A stretch of 64,000 nucleotides of DNA from Clostridia bacterium (GCA_045605445.1 JAZUPZ010000024.1:1956-65955), one strand, 5' to 3'; positions 44,987 through 54,546 are shown, numbered from the stretch's first letter. Translations and numbers: made by a program. Notes: generated by a model not told the origin, from the letters alone.

Positions 44987-45898
44987 ATGAAAAAAACTAT
45001 TTCAATGGTTTACAGGCTGGCGTACATATTTTTCTTTTTGCTTGCCCTGTTCACAAAAATGAATTTCGATATTTCAAAGGTTGACATTGTTCTTTATTCC
45101 TTTGCTCTTATTACCGACACTGTTTCGGCTATTGCAATGCTTTTTTATGTTATAATGAGCATTAAGGGCAAGCCCGACGGCTTTATTACAAAAATAAAGC
45201 TTATTGCCGCCTTTTTATCTTTGGTGCTTTTAATTATGAACTACAACAGCATTTTAGGCAATGTTAACGTTGAGTGGATTTTAAACTGTCTGCTTCCTCT
45301 TATGCTTTTGCTTGACTATATTTTGTTCGATGCCAAAGCAAAGCTTATAAAGCAAACCTCAACTCTTTTCAAGGCTCTTTTCATTGCCCTTGGTGCTTTT
45401 GCCTTTTACAAAAAATTCGGACTTGATATTTCAGCTTTTATAAAGGGGCTTACAAGCTTTTCAAATCTTGTAACCTTTGCCGCAATTCTTTATATGCTTT
45501 TATCTTTTATTTATCTTATTTTCAGCGGCTCCTACAAAGCAAACTTCAAAAATGCGGAATTTGAAGCAATTCTTATTACCGCTCTGGTTACAAACTTTGT
45601 TCTTTTTAAGTTTTCGGGCTACAATATCGTGAAAACCGATTTTCCAAACGTTATTATTCATTATATTCTGCCCCTTATGCTGATTGTAAACTTTATTTTC
45701 TTTACTCCAAAATCGGCAATCCCCGGCTGGAAGCCGATTATATGGACGTTGATTGTAATTGCAATTTTTATAATAGAGTTTGTTTTCAATACAAATATCG
45801 GCTATTTTAAAAACATAACAAACCTGCTTATTTATAACCTTGCAACTCCCCTTCTTTCAGCCTACGGAGTGTATTTTATAAATCTAGTTAAAAGATAA
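44987..45898 (+). CDS. Polytopic membrane protein with internal duplication (Pr6Pr-like)
   Basis: About 10 TM segments; LLPLMLLLDYILF and HYILPLMLIVNFIFF repeated motif. Confidence 0.6.
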   Translation: MKKTISMVYRLAYIFFFLLALFTKMNFDISKVDIVLYSFALITDTVSAIAMLFYVIMSIKGKPDGFITKIKLIAAFLSLVLLIMNYNSILGNVNVEWILNCLLPLMLLLDYILFDAKAKLIKQTSTLFKALFIALGAFAFYKKFGLDISAFIKGLTSFSNLVTFAAILYMLLSFIYLIFSGSYKANFKNAEFEAILITALVTNFVLFKFSGYNIVKTDFPNVIIHYILPLMLIVNFIFFTPKSAIPGWKPIIWTLIVIAIFIIEFVFNTNIGYFKNITNLLIYNLATPLLSAYGVYFINLVKR

Positions 45899-45951
45899 TA
45901 GTTAATAGAAAATGTACAAAGCCGACCGTAAAGGTCGGCTTTGTTTTTATT
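45893..45951. repeat. Right direct repeat (contains the gene's stop codon)
   Basis: Matches 44883-44933 with a longer hairpin tip. Confidence 0.7.
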
Positions 45952-45999
45952 TATAATCCAAGCAACTGCTTTTTCTTTGCAGATTATTTGCTTTTATTT

Positions 46000-46042
46000 T
46001 ACACCACTTCTGGTGTATTGTCAATACATCTGATTGAGTGTA
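46000..46042 (+). promoter_or_regulatory. Tandem 18-bp palindromic operators upstream of XRE gene
   Basis: TACACCACTTCTGGTGTA (46000-46017) and TACATCTGATTGAGTGTA (46025-46042). Confidence 0.55.
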
Positions 46043-46068
46043 TGATAAACTTTTTTTGAGGTGGTTGG

Positions 46069-46284
46069 ATGAAAACCTGGGTTGAAAGATTAAGGGAATT
46101 AAGAGAAGATAATGACTTAAAGCAAAAGGATGTTGCAGACGTTTTAAATACTACTCAGCAGGTTTATTCAAGATACGAAAAAGGAACAAACGAAATTCCC
46201 GTTCACCACGTTATAACCCTTTCAAGATTTTACAAAGTGAGCTGCGACTACATTTTAGGAGAAACCGATAATCCGCAAAAATAA
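46069..46284 (+). CDS. Small XRE-family HTH protein
   Basis: RLRELREDNDLKQKDVA...YSRYEKG...VSCDYILG; GAGGTG RBS. Confidence 0.9.
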   Translation: MKTWVERLRELREDNDLKQKDVADVLNTTQQVYSRYEKGTNEIPVHHVITLSRFYKVSCDYILGETDNPQK

Positions 46285-46348
46285 CTCAAAAAGAACTCAT
46301 ACAAAAGTATGAGTTCTTTCTTATTTTGTTAACAATTATGGAAAATAC

Positions 46349-46460
46349 TAAAAATGTTCGCAGGCAAGGCGCGGTGAGGAAGACAGTACTTGGTGTACGG
46401 CAACGAGCCGCAACACGGCAAGCAAGCCCCTTAAACGGGCTTGCGGTGCGGGCATTTTTA
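46349..46460 (+). repeat. Structured element (GTAC-tipped), copy 1 of an XRE-linked pair
   Basis: Homologous to the reverse complement of 55763-55864 with compensatory changes. Confidence 0.75.
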
Positions 46461-46961
46461 ATATTTTCTAATGGGCAGCGATGCGTCATCTGTGCCCTTC
46501 TCTATTCTAACAATCTTTATGTAATAACTGTAATCATCGCTGACCTTTATCAGCACTCTGTCGCCCTCTTTATGCTTTAAAAGGGCTCTGCCCATGGGTG
46601 ATTCAAGGCTTATTAAATTCTTTAAAACGTCTTGCCTTGTGTTGGTTACAATTGTGTAGGTTTCTTCCTCGTTGTCCTCTTCTATAAAAACGGTAACCTT
46701 ATCGAAAATGCCCACCTCGTCTTCTTTCGATTCGGCATCGATTATTATGGCGGTATTTATCATTCTTTTTAAATGTCTTATTCTGCTTTCGTTAAGGTTC
46801 TTTTCCCTTTTTGCAATTTTATATTCATCGTTTTCACTTAAATCACCAAAGGCTCTTGCAACCTTAACCTCTTCAAGAAGCTTCGGGCGGAGGGTAACCT
46901 CTCTGTAGTCAATTTCCTCCTGCATTTTCTTTATATCAACCTTTGTAAGTTTATTGTGCAT
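46458..46961 (-). CDS. greA: GreA/GreB-family transcription elongation factor
   Basis: ARAFGDLSENDEY, ISLESPMGRALL; may be a paralog. Confidence 0.8.
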   Translation of the reverse strand: MHNKLTKVDIKKMQEEIDYREVTLRPKLLEEVKVARAFGDLSENDEYKIAKREKNLNESRIRHLKRMINTAIIIDAESKEDEVGIFDKVTVFIEEDNEEETYTIVTNTRQDVLKNLISLESPMGRALLKHKEGDRVLIKVSDDYSYYIKIVRIEKGTDDASLPIRKY

Positions 46962-47039
46962 ATCAGTTTACCTCGCTTTTACCCATTATACCAAAAACAA
47001 AGTGAAAAAACAACGGGAAATTTCCCGTTGTTTTTAATT

Positions 47040-50000
47040 TTACTGAAGTATTGAATTTTTCGTTATTGGTGTTATTGTTCCAAAGTCGGAAATTACGAAA
47101 AACTTAATGAAATACTTTGAAGTATCGAAATAAGTTGAGTCGATTTCCGCGCTGTAGAAGGTTTCCTTGTTTTCGCTTAATTCAACATCTTCATAAGGAA
47201 GCATTTTCACAAGCTTTAAAGGATTTTGTCTGTCGTAAACTCCAAGGATAGGCTTTACAGTTCCCTCGCCTTTCGGAAGGGTTACGGTTACATTTATATA
47301 TCCGGCATAAAGCCCCGTTACCGCATCTGAGCTTGCGTAGGTTATTTCAGATGTTACAGCCTTATCCCAGGACTGATTTACAATTCCAAAACCTGTATCA
47401 TTTCCCGATGCTGTTGTTTCAGTTTTATAAACCACCTTGAAGAGAGCTTCTTTTTTTCCTTTTTTAATAAGGCTGTTTACCCAGTCGGTTATTTCAAGCT
47501 CTATATTTCCGTAAAAGGCATCGTTAAGCTTCTGAGTTGCCACAAGAGTTCCCTCTGAAACAGAAAATTCCTTCACTGTTTTTTCTTCGGTGAACTCTGC
47601 AAACATTTCATTAAAGCTCTGTTCATAGCCGTAAATATTCAGAGTTCCGCTTCCGCTTATTCCCTCTGCCATCATTTTAAGCTTTGCGGAAACAACCTGA
47701 TTTCCGCCGCCGATATCAATGCTGTAGTAAGCAGCGCTCTTTTCGTCGCTTGTATTTTCATTAAGGTAATAAACAAGATATTCCGGAGAAATATAGTTAC
47801 GCAACCAATTATTTCCCTTTACAAACATTTCGTTTGTCGCAGGCTTAACATAGGTATATTCCTCGTTATTTTCCGTAAAGTTCGGAACATTATTTACTCT
47901 TTTAAACTTTGCTGTAAGCTCGATATCCTTATAAGAGAAGGTTACCTCATCGCCTGCATTATAGATTTTTTTAACAAACTCCTGTTCACCGTTGCCAACA
48001 TTTTCTTCGGCATAATATTCCCAGCCTGCAAATTCGTAATTTTCATCAATTATTACCGGTGCAACAGCGGTATACTTTTCGCCATATTTGCCTGAAACGC
48101 TTTCAACGCCTTCTGCTATATCGCCATTTACGTTAAAGCTTATGCTGTTTACATTTGAATAATTGTCATATTCATAAACAAGGGTTCCGCCGCTGCAGTT
48201 ACCAAGAAACACCTCGTTTGAAACCGGAGAGAACTGAACTGTGTAAATTGTCATTGGTCCTCTTGCGCCGGGAACGGGATACCAGGTTTCGCCGCCGTCT
48301 CTTGTTTCAACAATACCGTGGCAGGATACGCCCGCATTTGTGCATTTAACGCCTGCAATAAGGTGATTTTTGTCTTTTGGATTCTGGGCAATTTCGTTAA
48401 CCATTGCCTTCATTTCGTTGCTTTCGGTTCCCACAATTCCGCTTGTTTCTCTTTTGGTAACACGGGTCAGAGTTCCGTCTTCATTTATTGTGAACTTTGA
48501 AATCCAGCCTGCACTGTGACCTACCCAGAACACGTTTTTATCAAACAAATCAGGGCAGATTGTTGATGCACCTGAGGAAACGTTAACCTCTGTCCAGTTT
48601 AGCCCCGCATCTGTTGTATAAGAAAAATATTTTGAATTGGAGCTGTCAATTGAAAATCTTACTTTATCATCAACTGTTGAAATTGCATTGTAGCGTCTTT
48701 CGTTTTTGAGCCAGTTTACGCCATTGTCGTAGCTTGTATAATGAGGTGAATAAATTATGTTTTTATTATTCATATCATAAACAAGAAAAGTCCAGGGAAC
48801 CTCTGTATCTGCTCCCTCTATGGTTGACCAGGTTGTTCCGCCGTCAAAAGAAACCTTCATTGTCTGGGTGTACCAGTCCCCGGAGTTTGCAAAAATATGA
48901 TTTGAATCGTTAGGGTCAATAAGAACCGATTTACAGGTTCCCGTTACTCCTGCCATATGCGCAGTCGGAAGTGTTTCTCCGTCATAAGGAATGTCTGTAA
49001 CGCCAAGACCTTTATCGGTGTATGCCATCCAGAGTCTGTTGTCTTTATCAAAATAGAACTGATTCACATAGTTTCCTGAAAAACCGCTGCAGCTGATTTC
49101 ATAGGAAACACCGCCGTTGGTTGATTTATAAACAATATCGCCAAAGGAGAAGAACATTAAATCTGGGTCTGATGCACACATTGCAAAGCCTTCGCAGGCA
49201 TAGCCTCTATAGTGAGTTGTGTATCTGTCATTTTCAGTAAGAGTAGGCTTCTTCCAGGTTGTTCCCATATCGGTACTGTAAGCATAGGGAATTGTCATAT
49301 TGTTGAAAATCATATGAATATTTGTTTTTCCGTTTTTGGGATAACTGAACTTTACCGAGGTAGGATAATATTTTCCGTTGTTGTATTTATAAAAGCTCAT
49401 TGTCTCCCAGGTTTTACCTGCATCGAAGGATTTATAAACAAGGCTTCCGGCTGAAACTGAAATCCAGTGATTTGGATTAAGAGGATTTACCGCAAGGCTG
49501 TAGCCTGTGCCTGTTCCAAGAGCTTCAATTTTTGACCAGTTTGCTCCGCCGTCTCTTGAAATATTAAAGCCGCCGAAGGTTGCTGTTACAATAGTATTTC
49601 CGTCGGGAGAAACATAAAGATTTCCAACGTATTTATCTGCAAGAGCAGTATAACTGCTGTTGGTATAATCAGCCGTAAAGAAGGGCGCTTCTGCATTGTC
49701 TGTATAAACAAGCTTTGCAAGGCAGTTAAAAGTGTCGCCATCGTCGGTTGACTTAAACACGCCCTCTGATGTAAGAGCGTAAACATTGTTATTGTCGTCA
49801 AAGCAGATAAGAGTATCTGTGCTTGTAGCAGAAATTGTATTGCTTGAAATCACCTGCTTCCAGGTAAGTCCCGCATCGTTTGAACGCCAGATACCGTCCT
49901 GGCCTGTACGAACAGCCTTGTTTACAGAGCTGCTGTCAGTTCCCGTTGTACTTGTCTGTGCCATATAAACGGCTCTTTCGTATTTTGGGTGCCACTGAAT

Positions 50001-50369
50001 ATCGGTAACAGCCCAGGTGTTTGAGCCTTCACGGAGCTGATACCAGTTTTCACCGCCGTCGGTACTTCTCCATGCACCGGAGGTATCAACACCGAACATT
50101 ACATAGTCGGGATTAACAGGGGATATACCAAAACAGGTAATAACCTGTCCGCCCTCGCCGCCGCGTACTCCGTTTTTGGCATCTGCCGCAGTCTGCATAT
50201 GGTAAAGCTTGAACCAGGGAGTATATCTCGTAGTTGTCATATTTTCCGCATAAGGAAGATATTCCGCATCGCTTCCTTCGGGAATTGATCTGTAGTCTGT
50301 GTAAGCAAAAGATGAAACCGCTGAAAAAAGCATTACCACAGACAAAATCAGGCTTAAAATCTTTTTCAT
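47040..50369 (-). CDS. Large secreted BNR/Asp-box propeller protein (GH74/VPS10-like) with C-terminal accessory domains
   Basis: Signal peptide, GVDTSGAWRSTDGGENW and many SxDxGxxW boxes, FAGW repeat-like segment. Confidence 0.75.
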   Translation of the reverse strand: MKKILSLILSVVMLFSAVSSFAYTDYRSIPEGSDAEYLPYAENMTTTRYTPWFKLYHMQTAADAKNGVRGGEGGQVITCFGISPVNPDYVMFGVDTSGAWRSTDGGENWYQLREGSNTWAVTDIQWHPKYERAVYMAQTSTTGTDSSSVNKAVRTGQDGIWRSNDAGLTWKQVISSNTISATSTDTLICFDDNNNVYALTSEGVFKSTDDGDTFNCLAKLVYTDNAEAPFFTADYTNSSYTALADKYVGNLYVSPDGNTIVTATFGGFNISRDGGANWSKIEALGTGTGYSLAVNPLNPNHWISVSAGSLVYKSFDAGKTWETMSFYKYNNGKYYPTSVKFSYPKNGKTNIHMIFNNMTIPYAYSTDMGTTWKKPTLTENDRYTTHYRGYACEGFAMCASDPDLMFFSFGDIVYKSTNGGVSYEISCSGFSGNYVNQFYFDKDNRLWMAYTDKGLGVTDIPYDGETLPTAHMAGVTGTCKSVLIDPNDSNHIFANSGDWYTQTMKVSFDGGTTWSTIEGADTEVPWTFLVYDMNNKNIIYSPHYTSYDNGVNWLKNERRYNAISTVDDKVRFSIDSSNSKYFSYTTDAGLNWTEVNVSSGASTICPDLFDKNVFWVGHSAGWISKFTINEDGTLTRVTKRETSGIVGTESNEMKAMVNEIAQNPKDKNHLIAGVKCTNAGVSCHGIVETRDGGETWYPVPGARGPMTIYTVQFSPVSNEVFLGNCSGGTLVYEYDNYSNVNSISFNVNGDIAEGVESVSGKYGEKYTAVAPVIIDENYEFAGWEYYAEENVGNGEQEFVKKIYNAGDEVTFSYKDIELTAKFKRVNNVPNFTENNEEYTYVKPATNEMFVKGNNWLRNYISPEYLVYYLNENTSDEKSAAYYSIDIGGGNQVVSAKLKMMAEGISGSGTLNIYGYEQSFNEMFAEFTEEKTVKEFSVSEGTLVATQKLNDAFYGNIELEITDWVNSLIKKGKKEALFKVVYKTETTASGNDTGFGIVNQSWDKAVTSEITYASSDAVTGLYAGYINVTVTLPKGEGTVKPILGVYDRQNPLKLVKMLPYEDVELSENKETFYSAEIDSTYFDTSKYFIKFFVISDFGTITPITKNSILQ

Positions 50370-50418
50370 AATTCATTCTCCTTTTCCGATTTTCATCCCG
50401 ATTTTGATTATAACACAA

Positions 50419-51891
50419 CTACCCTATCAGTGCAAGTTTTACCGAGTTTGTTCCCAAATGTATGTTCAGGGCTGTTCCTTCCTTTTTGAAGCTTACAGTT
50501 TTTGTTTCAGGCTTAAGCTCTGCCGCCTGCTTTATAAGCTCTCTTTCTCCCTGGTCGGGATACGTTGGTGAGCCAAGCTCAAGATATTTTGTATAGGAAT
50601 TTGCCTTATTCCTGTCAATTTTATAAAATGTTATCTGTTTTTCGCCGGAAACTCCCTTTATTTCAACAGATATTTCCTCTTCATTCTCTTTTCCTATTTC
50701 TTCAACGCTGTTATAGAAAAGAATTGCAAGCTTTTCCTTAGTTGCTATAACGCCGAGATTTTCATCTTCAAAATCTGTCGGAAGCTGATTTTCAAAAAGC
50801 TTTGCGCCAAGAGCATAGGCATTGTAAATTGGTTTTTTAAAGCCGTTAAGGGTAAAGAAATTACAATAACCTTCAAAGTCTTTTTTAAGCCAGTGCTGCC
50901 CCGAAAGACAGATAAGCATTTTTGAAAGAGGAATTTTCTTTTCTCTTCTCATTTTGCTCATTTTGTCAATCATTTTAAAATAAAAGGCGCTGAAATACTC
51001 GTTGTTTCTTATATAAATTTTCGGACAGAAGTCCATATTTTTAAAGCCGGAGGCAGAAACGCTCCATTCGTCGATTACAATTTCCTTTGCCGGATTTCCG
51101 ACAGTTTCTGAAATTTCATAAATTAACTCTGTTCGCTTTAAAATATTATCAACGTGGGGCGATTCGCCATCATTTATGGCAGAAGCTCCCGTTGCATAGG
51201 TATGAATGGAAACAAAGTCCATTTTATCTCCCACCGCCGAAAGCACCTTTGTTATAAATTCAAGATTTGACGAAGCCGAGGGTCCGCCTGCCTTTATTTC
51301 GGGGCAGGCTCTTTTCACACCGCTGTAAAAAGCATTGTAAAGCCTTATGTAACCGTCAACCTTGCTCTGGTCAAAGGCTTCTCCCCTGTTATTGTTCAGC
51401 CAGTACCAGTGGTCGGGCTCATTCCAGCAATGAATATACCACTCTTTTGCCCTTTCGCCGTATCTTTCAAGAAGATGCTTTGTAAATTTATAACAAACTT
51501 CTTCCCAAAGGGCATAGTCCTTTGGCTCGGAAAAATTAAAGGTTTTGTTTTTGTATCTGGGCATATTGGCTATCAGTTCTTTGTCCTTTGCAATACAAAG
51601 GGGCATAAAATTGTAGCAGATAAGCAGCTTAAAGCCCTTTTCAACCATATAGTCAAAGCGCTTGTCGGTAAGAGTAAAATCATAAACAAGCTCTCCGTTT
51701 TTTTCTGAGACAACATCTTCAAACATTGAATAAAGCCTTACAAGCTTTGCAACCTTATCCTTTGCCACATTTTCAAGAATTTCCCTTCCCCATATATCCT
51801 CAACCGCATCGGTTGGGTGAAAATGAATATTATTCCAGAAGTTTTCGTTTTTAAAAGTTTCTTTTTCAGTATCAATAATTATTTTTTTCAT
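50419..51891 (-). CDS. GH39 beta-xylosidase-like glycoside hydrolase
   Basis: WNEPD, DFVSIHTY, IDEWS, KKPIYNAY; start placed at ATG 51891 after GAGGTG. Confidence 0.85.
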   Translation of the reverse strand: MKKIIIDTEKETFKNENFWNNIHFHPTDAVEDIWGREILENVAKDKVAKLVRLYSMFEDVVSEKNGELVYDFTLTDKRFDYMVEKGFKLLICYNFMPLCIAKDKELIANMPRYKNKTFNFSEPKDYALWEEVCYKFTKHLLERYGERAKEWYIHCWNEPDHWYWLNNNRGEAFDQSKVDGYIRLYNAFYSGVKRACPEIKAGGPSASSNLEFITKVLSAVGDKMDFVSIHTYATGASAINDGESPHVDNILKRTELIYEISETVGNPAKEIVIDEWSVSASGFKNMDFCPKIYIRNNEYFSAFYFKMIDKMSKMRREKKIPLSKMLICLSGQHWLKKDFEGYCNFFTLNGFKKPIYNAYALGAKLFENQLPTDFEDENLGVIATKEKLAILFYNSVEEIGKENEEEISVEIKGVSGEKQITFYKIDRNKANSYTKYLELGSPTYPDQGERELIKQAAELKPETKTVSFKKEGTALNIHLGTNSVKLALIG

Positions 51892-51993
51892 AGCACACCT
51901 CTCTTTTTTTATTATATCAGTCAAAGCGGGCTTTTGAAATAAATCATTCGACTTTTTATTTACACTTTTCGAAACCTGTGCTAAAATAAAGCT

Positions 51994-52857
51994 ATGAGAG
52001 AACTTAAACTTATAATAAGCGAAAAAAACGCGCAATACACCGTTGGTCAGCTTATAAAAAACCATTTTAAAATATCCGCAAGGCTTCTTACAAAGCTTAA
52101 GCAAAACGACCTTATTAAACTTAACGGAGAACACGTTACCGTAAGAGGAAAGGTTAAGGTTGGCGACGAGCTTAAGCTTATTATGCCCGAAAGCTCCTCG
52201 CTGAACGTTATTCCCGTAAACCTTCCTCTTGACATTGTTTACGAGGACGAGGACCTTCTTATTGTAAACAAGCCGAAAAATATGCCCGTTCATCCGAGTA
52301 TGAATAATTATGACAATACTCTCGGCAACGCCGTAAGGTATTATTTTAAAGACATTCCCTTTGTTTACCGTCCCGTAAACCGCCTTGACAGAGACACTAC
52401 GGGGCTTGTTATTGTGGCAAAAACCCCTCAGGCAAGTCATTCTCTTTCAATGCAGATGCAAAATAACAAATTCAAAAAAACATATCTTGCCATAACAGAG
52501 GGCATTCCCTCGCCATTGCAGGGGATTATTAACGCACCAATTACCAGAGAGCAGGAAAGCATTATAAAAAGATGCGTAAGAGAAGACGGGCAACGGGCGG
52601 TTACCGAGTATAAAATAATTCGAAAGGGCAATAATAAATCTGTAGCGGAAATTCTGCTTCATACGGGAAGAACCCATCAGATAAGGGTTCATTTTGCCCA
52701 CATAGGCTTCCCGCTTTATGCAGATTCCCTTTACGGCAGGGAAATTGAGGGCGAAACCTTTAACCTTCATTGCTTCAGGCTTGAATTTTTTCACCCCATA
52801 ACGGGAAAAGAAATGAAAATTGAATGTCCTCCGCCGGAAATTTTTACAAATTTTTAA
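51994..52857 (+). CDS. RluA-family pseudouridine synthase
   Basis: NKPKNMPVHP, RLDRDTTG, TGRTHQIRVH. Confidence 0.93.
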   Translation: MRELKLIISEKNAQYTVGQLIKNHFKISARLLTKLKQNDLIKLNGEHVTVRGKVKVGDELKLIMPESSSLNVIPVNLPLDIVYEDEDLLIVNKPKNMPVHPSMNNYDNTLGNAVRYYFKDIPFVYRPVNRLDRDTTGLVIVAKTPQASHSLSMQMQNNKFKKTYLAITEGIPSPLQGIINAPITREQESIIKRCVREDGQRAVTEYKIIRKGNNKSVAEILLHTGRTHQIRVHFAHIGFPLYADSLYGREIEGETFNLHCFRLEFFHPITGKEMKIECPPPEIFTNF

Positions 52858-52865
52858 ATTAGGTA

Positions 52866-52894
52866 TTGTCAAATTGAATATTTTGTGATATAAT
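52866..52894 (+). promoter_or_regulatory. Promoter of tRNA-Asp/Thr pair
   Basis: TTGTCA-N17-TATAAT with TG. Confidence 0.75.
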
Positions 52895-52936
52895 AGCAAC
52901 GTTAACGACTGAACAGAAAAAATCGGTCGTAGATGC

Positions 52937-53013
52937 GGCCCGGTAGTTCAGTTGGTTAGAACGCCTGCCTGTCACGCAGGAGGTCGAGAGTTCGAGTCTC
53001 TTCCGGGTCGCCA
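52937..53013 (+). tRNA. tRNA-Asp(GTC)
   Basis: Cloverleaf, CCTGC-CTGTCAC-GCAGG, GTTCGAGTC, CCA. Confidence 0.97.
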
Positions 53014-53020
53014 TTTTTTT

Positions 53021-53096
53021 GCTGTTGTAGCTCAGATGGTAGAGCACCACATTGGTAGTGTGGAGGTCACGGGTTCGATTCCCGTCAACAGCTCCA
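53021..53096 (+). tRNA. tRNA-Thr(GGT)
   Basis: Cloverleaf, CCACA-TTGGTAG-TGTGG, GTTCGATTC, CCA. Confidence 0.97.
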
Positions 53097-53097
53097 A

Positions 53098-53129
53098 TAA
53101 AAAAACACCCTTTCGGGTGTTTTTTTATT
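53098..53129 (+). terminator. Terminator after tRNA-Thr
   Basis: AAAAAAACACCC-TTTC-GGGTGTTTTTTT. Confidence 0.8.
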
Positions 53130-53143
53130 GGATTTAATTCGTG

Positions 53144-53289
53144 GGGAATCGAACCCTGAGAGGGCACTTGCCGTTAAGAAAACAATTGATAATTGTTTTT
53201 AGGCAAGTGGTACGAATCGGGTACCGAAACCGTAGATTTTGGTCGATGAGTACGGGAAGCTTTCAACGAAAGATTCCTTCCCGTCAACA
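53144..53289. repeat. tRNA-linked structured element, copy C
   Basis: GGGAATCGAACCC (inverse of the Thr T-arm)...GGTACCGAA...TTCCCGTCAACA (direct copy of 53079-53090). Confidence 0.8.
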
Positions 53290-53297
53290 CGTCGCAA

Positions 53298-53563
53298 CAA
53301 ACTCCGTTTCATTCGAAAATACTTTCTGTATTTTCTCATATTCTCCGTTGTTGCTCCTCTTCCGACAAAAGCCCTCTTCGTTTAGCCTTTTGTCGGCTTT
53401 TAAAACCTTTCTGTTTTCATTTTTTTCGGAAACGTGTTCAGCAAATATTCAAACTCCGTTTCATTCGAAAATACTTTCTGTATTTTCTCATATTCTCCGT
53501 TGTTGCTCCTCTTCCGACAAAAGCCCTCTTCGTTTAGCCTTTTGTCGGCTTTTAAAACCTTTC
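53298..53563. repeat. Perfect 114-bp direct repeat, period 152
   Basis: 53298-53411 equals 53450-53563; each copy carries a CCGACAAAAG...CTTTTGTCGG hairpin. Confidence 0.9.
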
Positions 53564-53594
53564 GGGTGTTTCAGGCTGTAAGCTGTCTTATTCT

Positions 53595-54323
53595 TTACTT
53601 CAAAGAGAACCAAATTCCGCCTGTACCGTTATAATCCAATCCGTATGCGAGCTTAGGATTTGCATCGTCTTTTTTCACCAGGAAAACAGCATAACCTTCG
53701 GTATTTCCGCCGGTATAAAGTTTTCCGCCCAATTGAGGTTCAGGTTCAACAACCGAACAACTTTCCATTTCTTCGTTATTTGAGCTGTACGCCTCAAAAT
53801 CATAGTAATTAACACTTACGGCAAAGTCGCCTTTTGTATTTACCACGGAATATGCTATTTTGGCAAGAACATATTCATAACCCTGAGGAGCTTCATCATT
53901 AAACCTATTAGCTTCTTTTATTTTTTTCCATGCTTCTTCTCCGCGCGTTGTTTCTACTACTCTTATAGCAACAGTATAATTATCCTCTGCAAACCATTCG
54001 CTTGTTTTAGTATAAGTCTGAACAGTATTTAAAGGAGCAGGATTCATTCTTGAGTACACATTTCCGGCTGAAGGCGCAGTTCCAACTTCTGCCTGTCTTA
54101 ATTCTTCATTCCATGTTACAGGAACACCTAAAGCTTCACCCATTGCACGAAGAGGAAGATATGTTCTTCCTTCAACCTCAAGAGCAGGAGGGTCTGAAAC
54201 AAATTCTTTTCCATTTACCAAAACTTTAAAATCAACCGGATTTGCCACATAAGAAACGGCAAATGCCCCCAATGCACCAAACAGCATTGCTCCAATCAAA
54301 AAACCGCAAATAAATTTTTTCAT
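53595..54323 (-). CDS. Exported protein: copper-amine-oxidase-N/stalk domain plus DUF4352-like domain
   Basis: Signal peptide, GRTYLPLRAMGEALGVPVTWN, C-terminal GGNTEGYAVFLV. Confidence 0.75.
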   Translation of the reverse strand: MKKFICGFLIGAMLFGALGAFAVSYVANPVDFKVLVNGKEFVSDPPALEVEGRTYLPLRAMGEALGVPVTWNEELRQAEVGTAPSAGNVYSRMNPAPLNTVQTYTKTSEWFAEDNYTVAIRVVETTRGEEAWKKIKEANRFNDEAPQGYEYVLAKIAYSVVNTKGDFAVSVNYYDFEAYSSNNEEMESCSVVEPEPQLGGKLYTGGNTEGYAVFLVKKDDANPKLAYGLDYNGTGGIWFSLK

Positions 54324-54383
54324 ACTTTTTCTCCTTTATAGTATTTGCTTCGTTTTTATTTGATGACCTCCTCTTTATGTATT

Positions 54384-54546
54384 AAAAAAGCGTGTAGCCA
54401 CTCAGAGTTACACGCCGAAAAACACATAACTCCGATAGCCGCCAAGCAAGTATACAAATCATAAATGCATACAAAAACGAAGCATGTATTTTTACCAAAT
54501 GGTATAAAAATACGCACCTATGATTTAATATTCACTTGCTTGGCAA
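54384..54546 (-). promoter_or_regulatory. Long structured leader with terminator
   Basis: GCCAAGCAAGT...ACTTGCTTGGC stem followed by GCGTGTAAC...GCTACACGC-TTTTTT; promoter TTGCAT-N17-TAGAAT at 54580-54552. Confidence 0.6.

Noticed and set aside
51892-52440. 183-aa N-terminal extension of the GH39 ORF
   Set aside because: It is largely the antisense shadow of the RluA-family gene; the likely start has its own RBS at 51891.
53141-53634. 146-aa and 66-aa ORFs with internal repeats
   Set aside because: They are translations of the tRNA-linked element and the 114-bp duplication, with no RBS or plausible composition.
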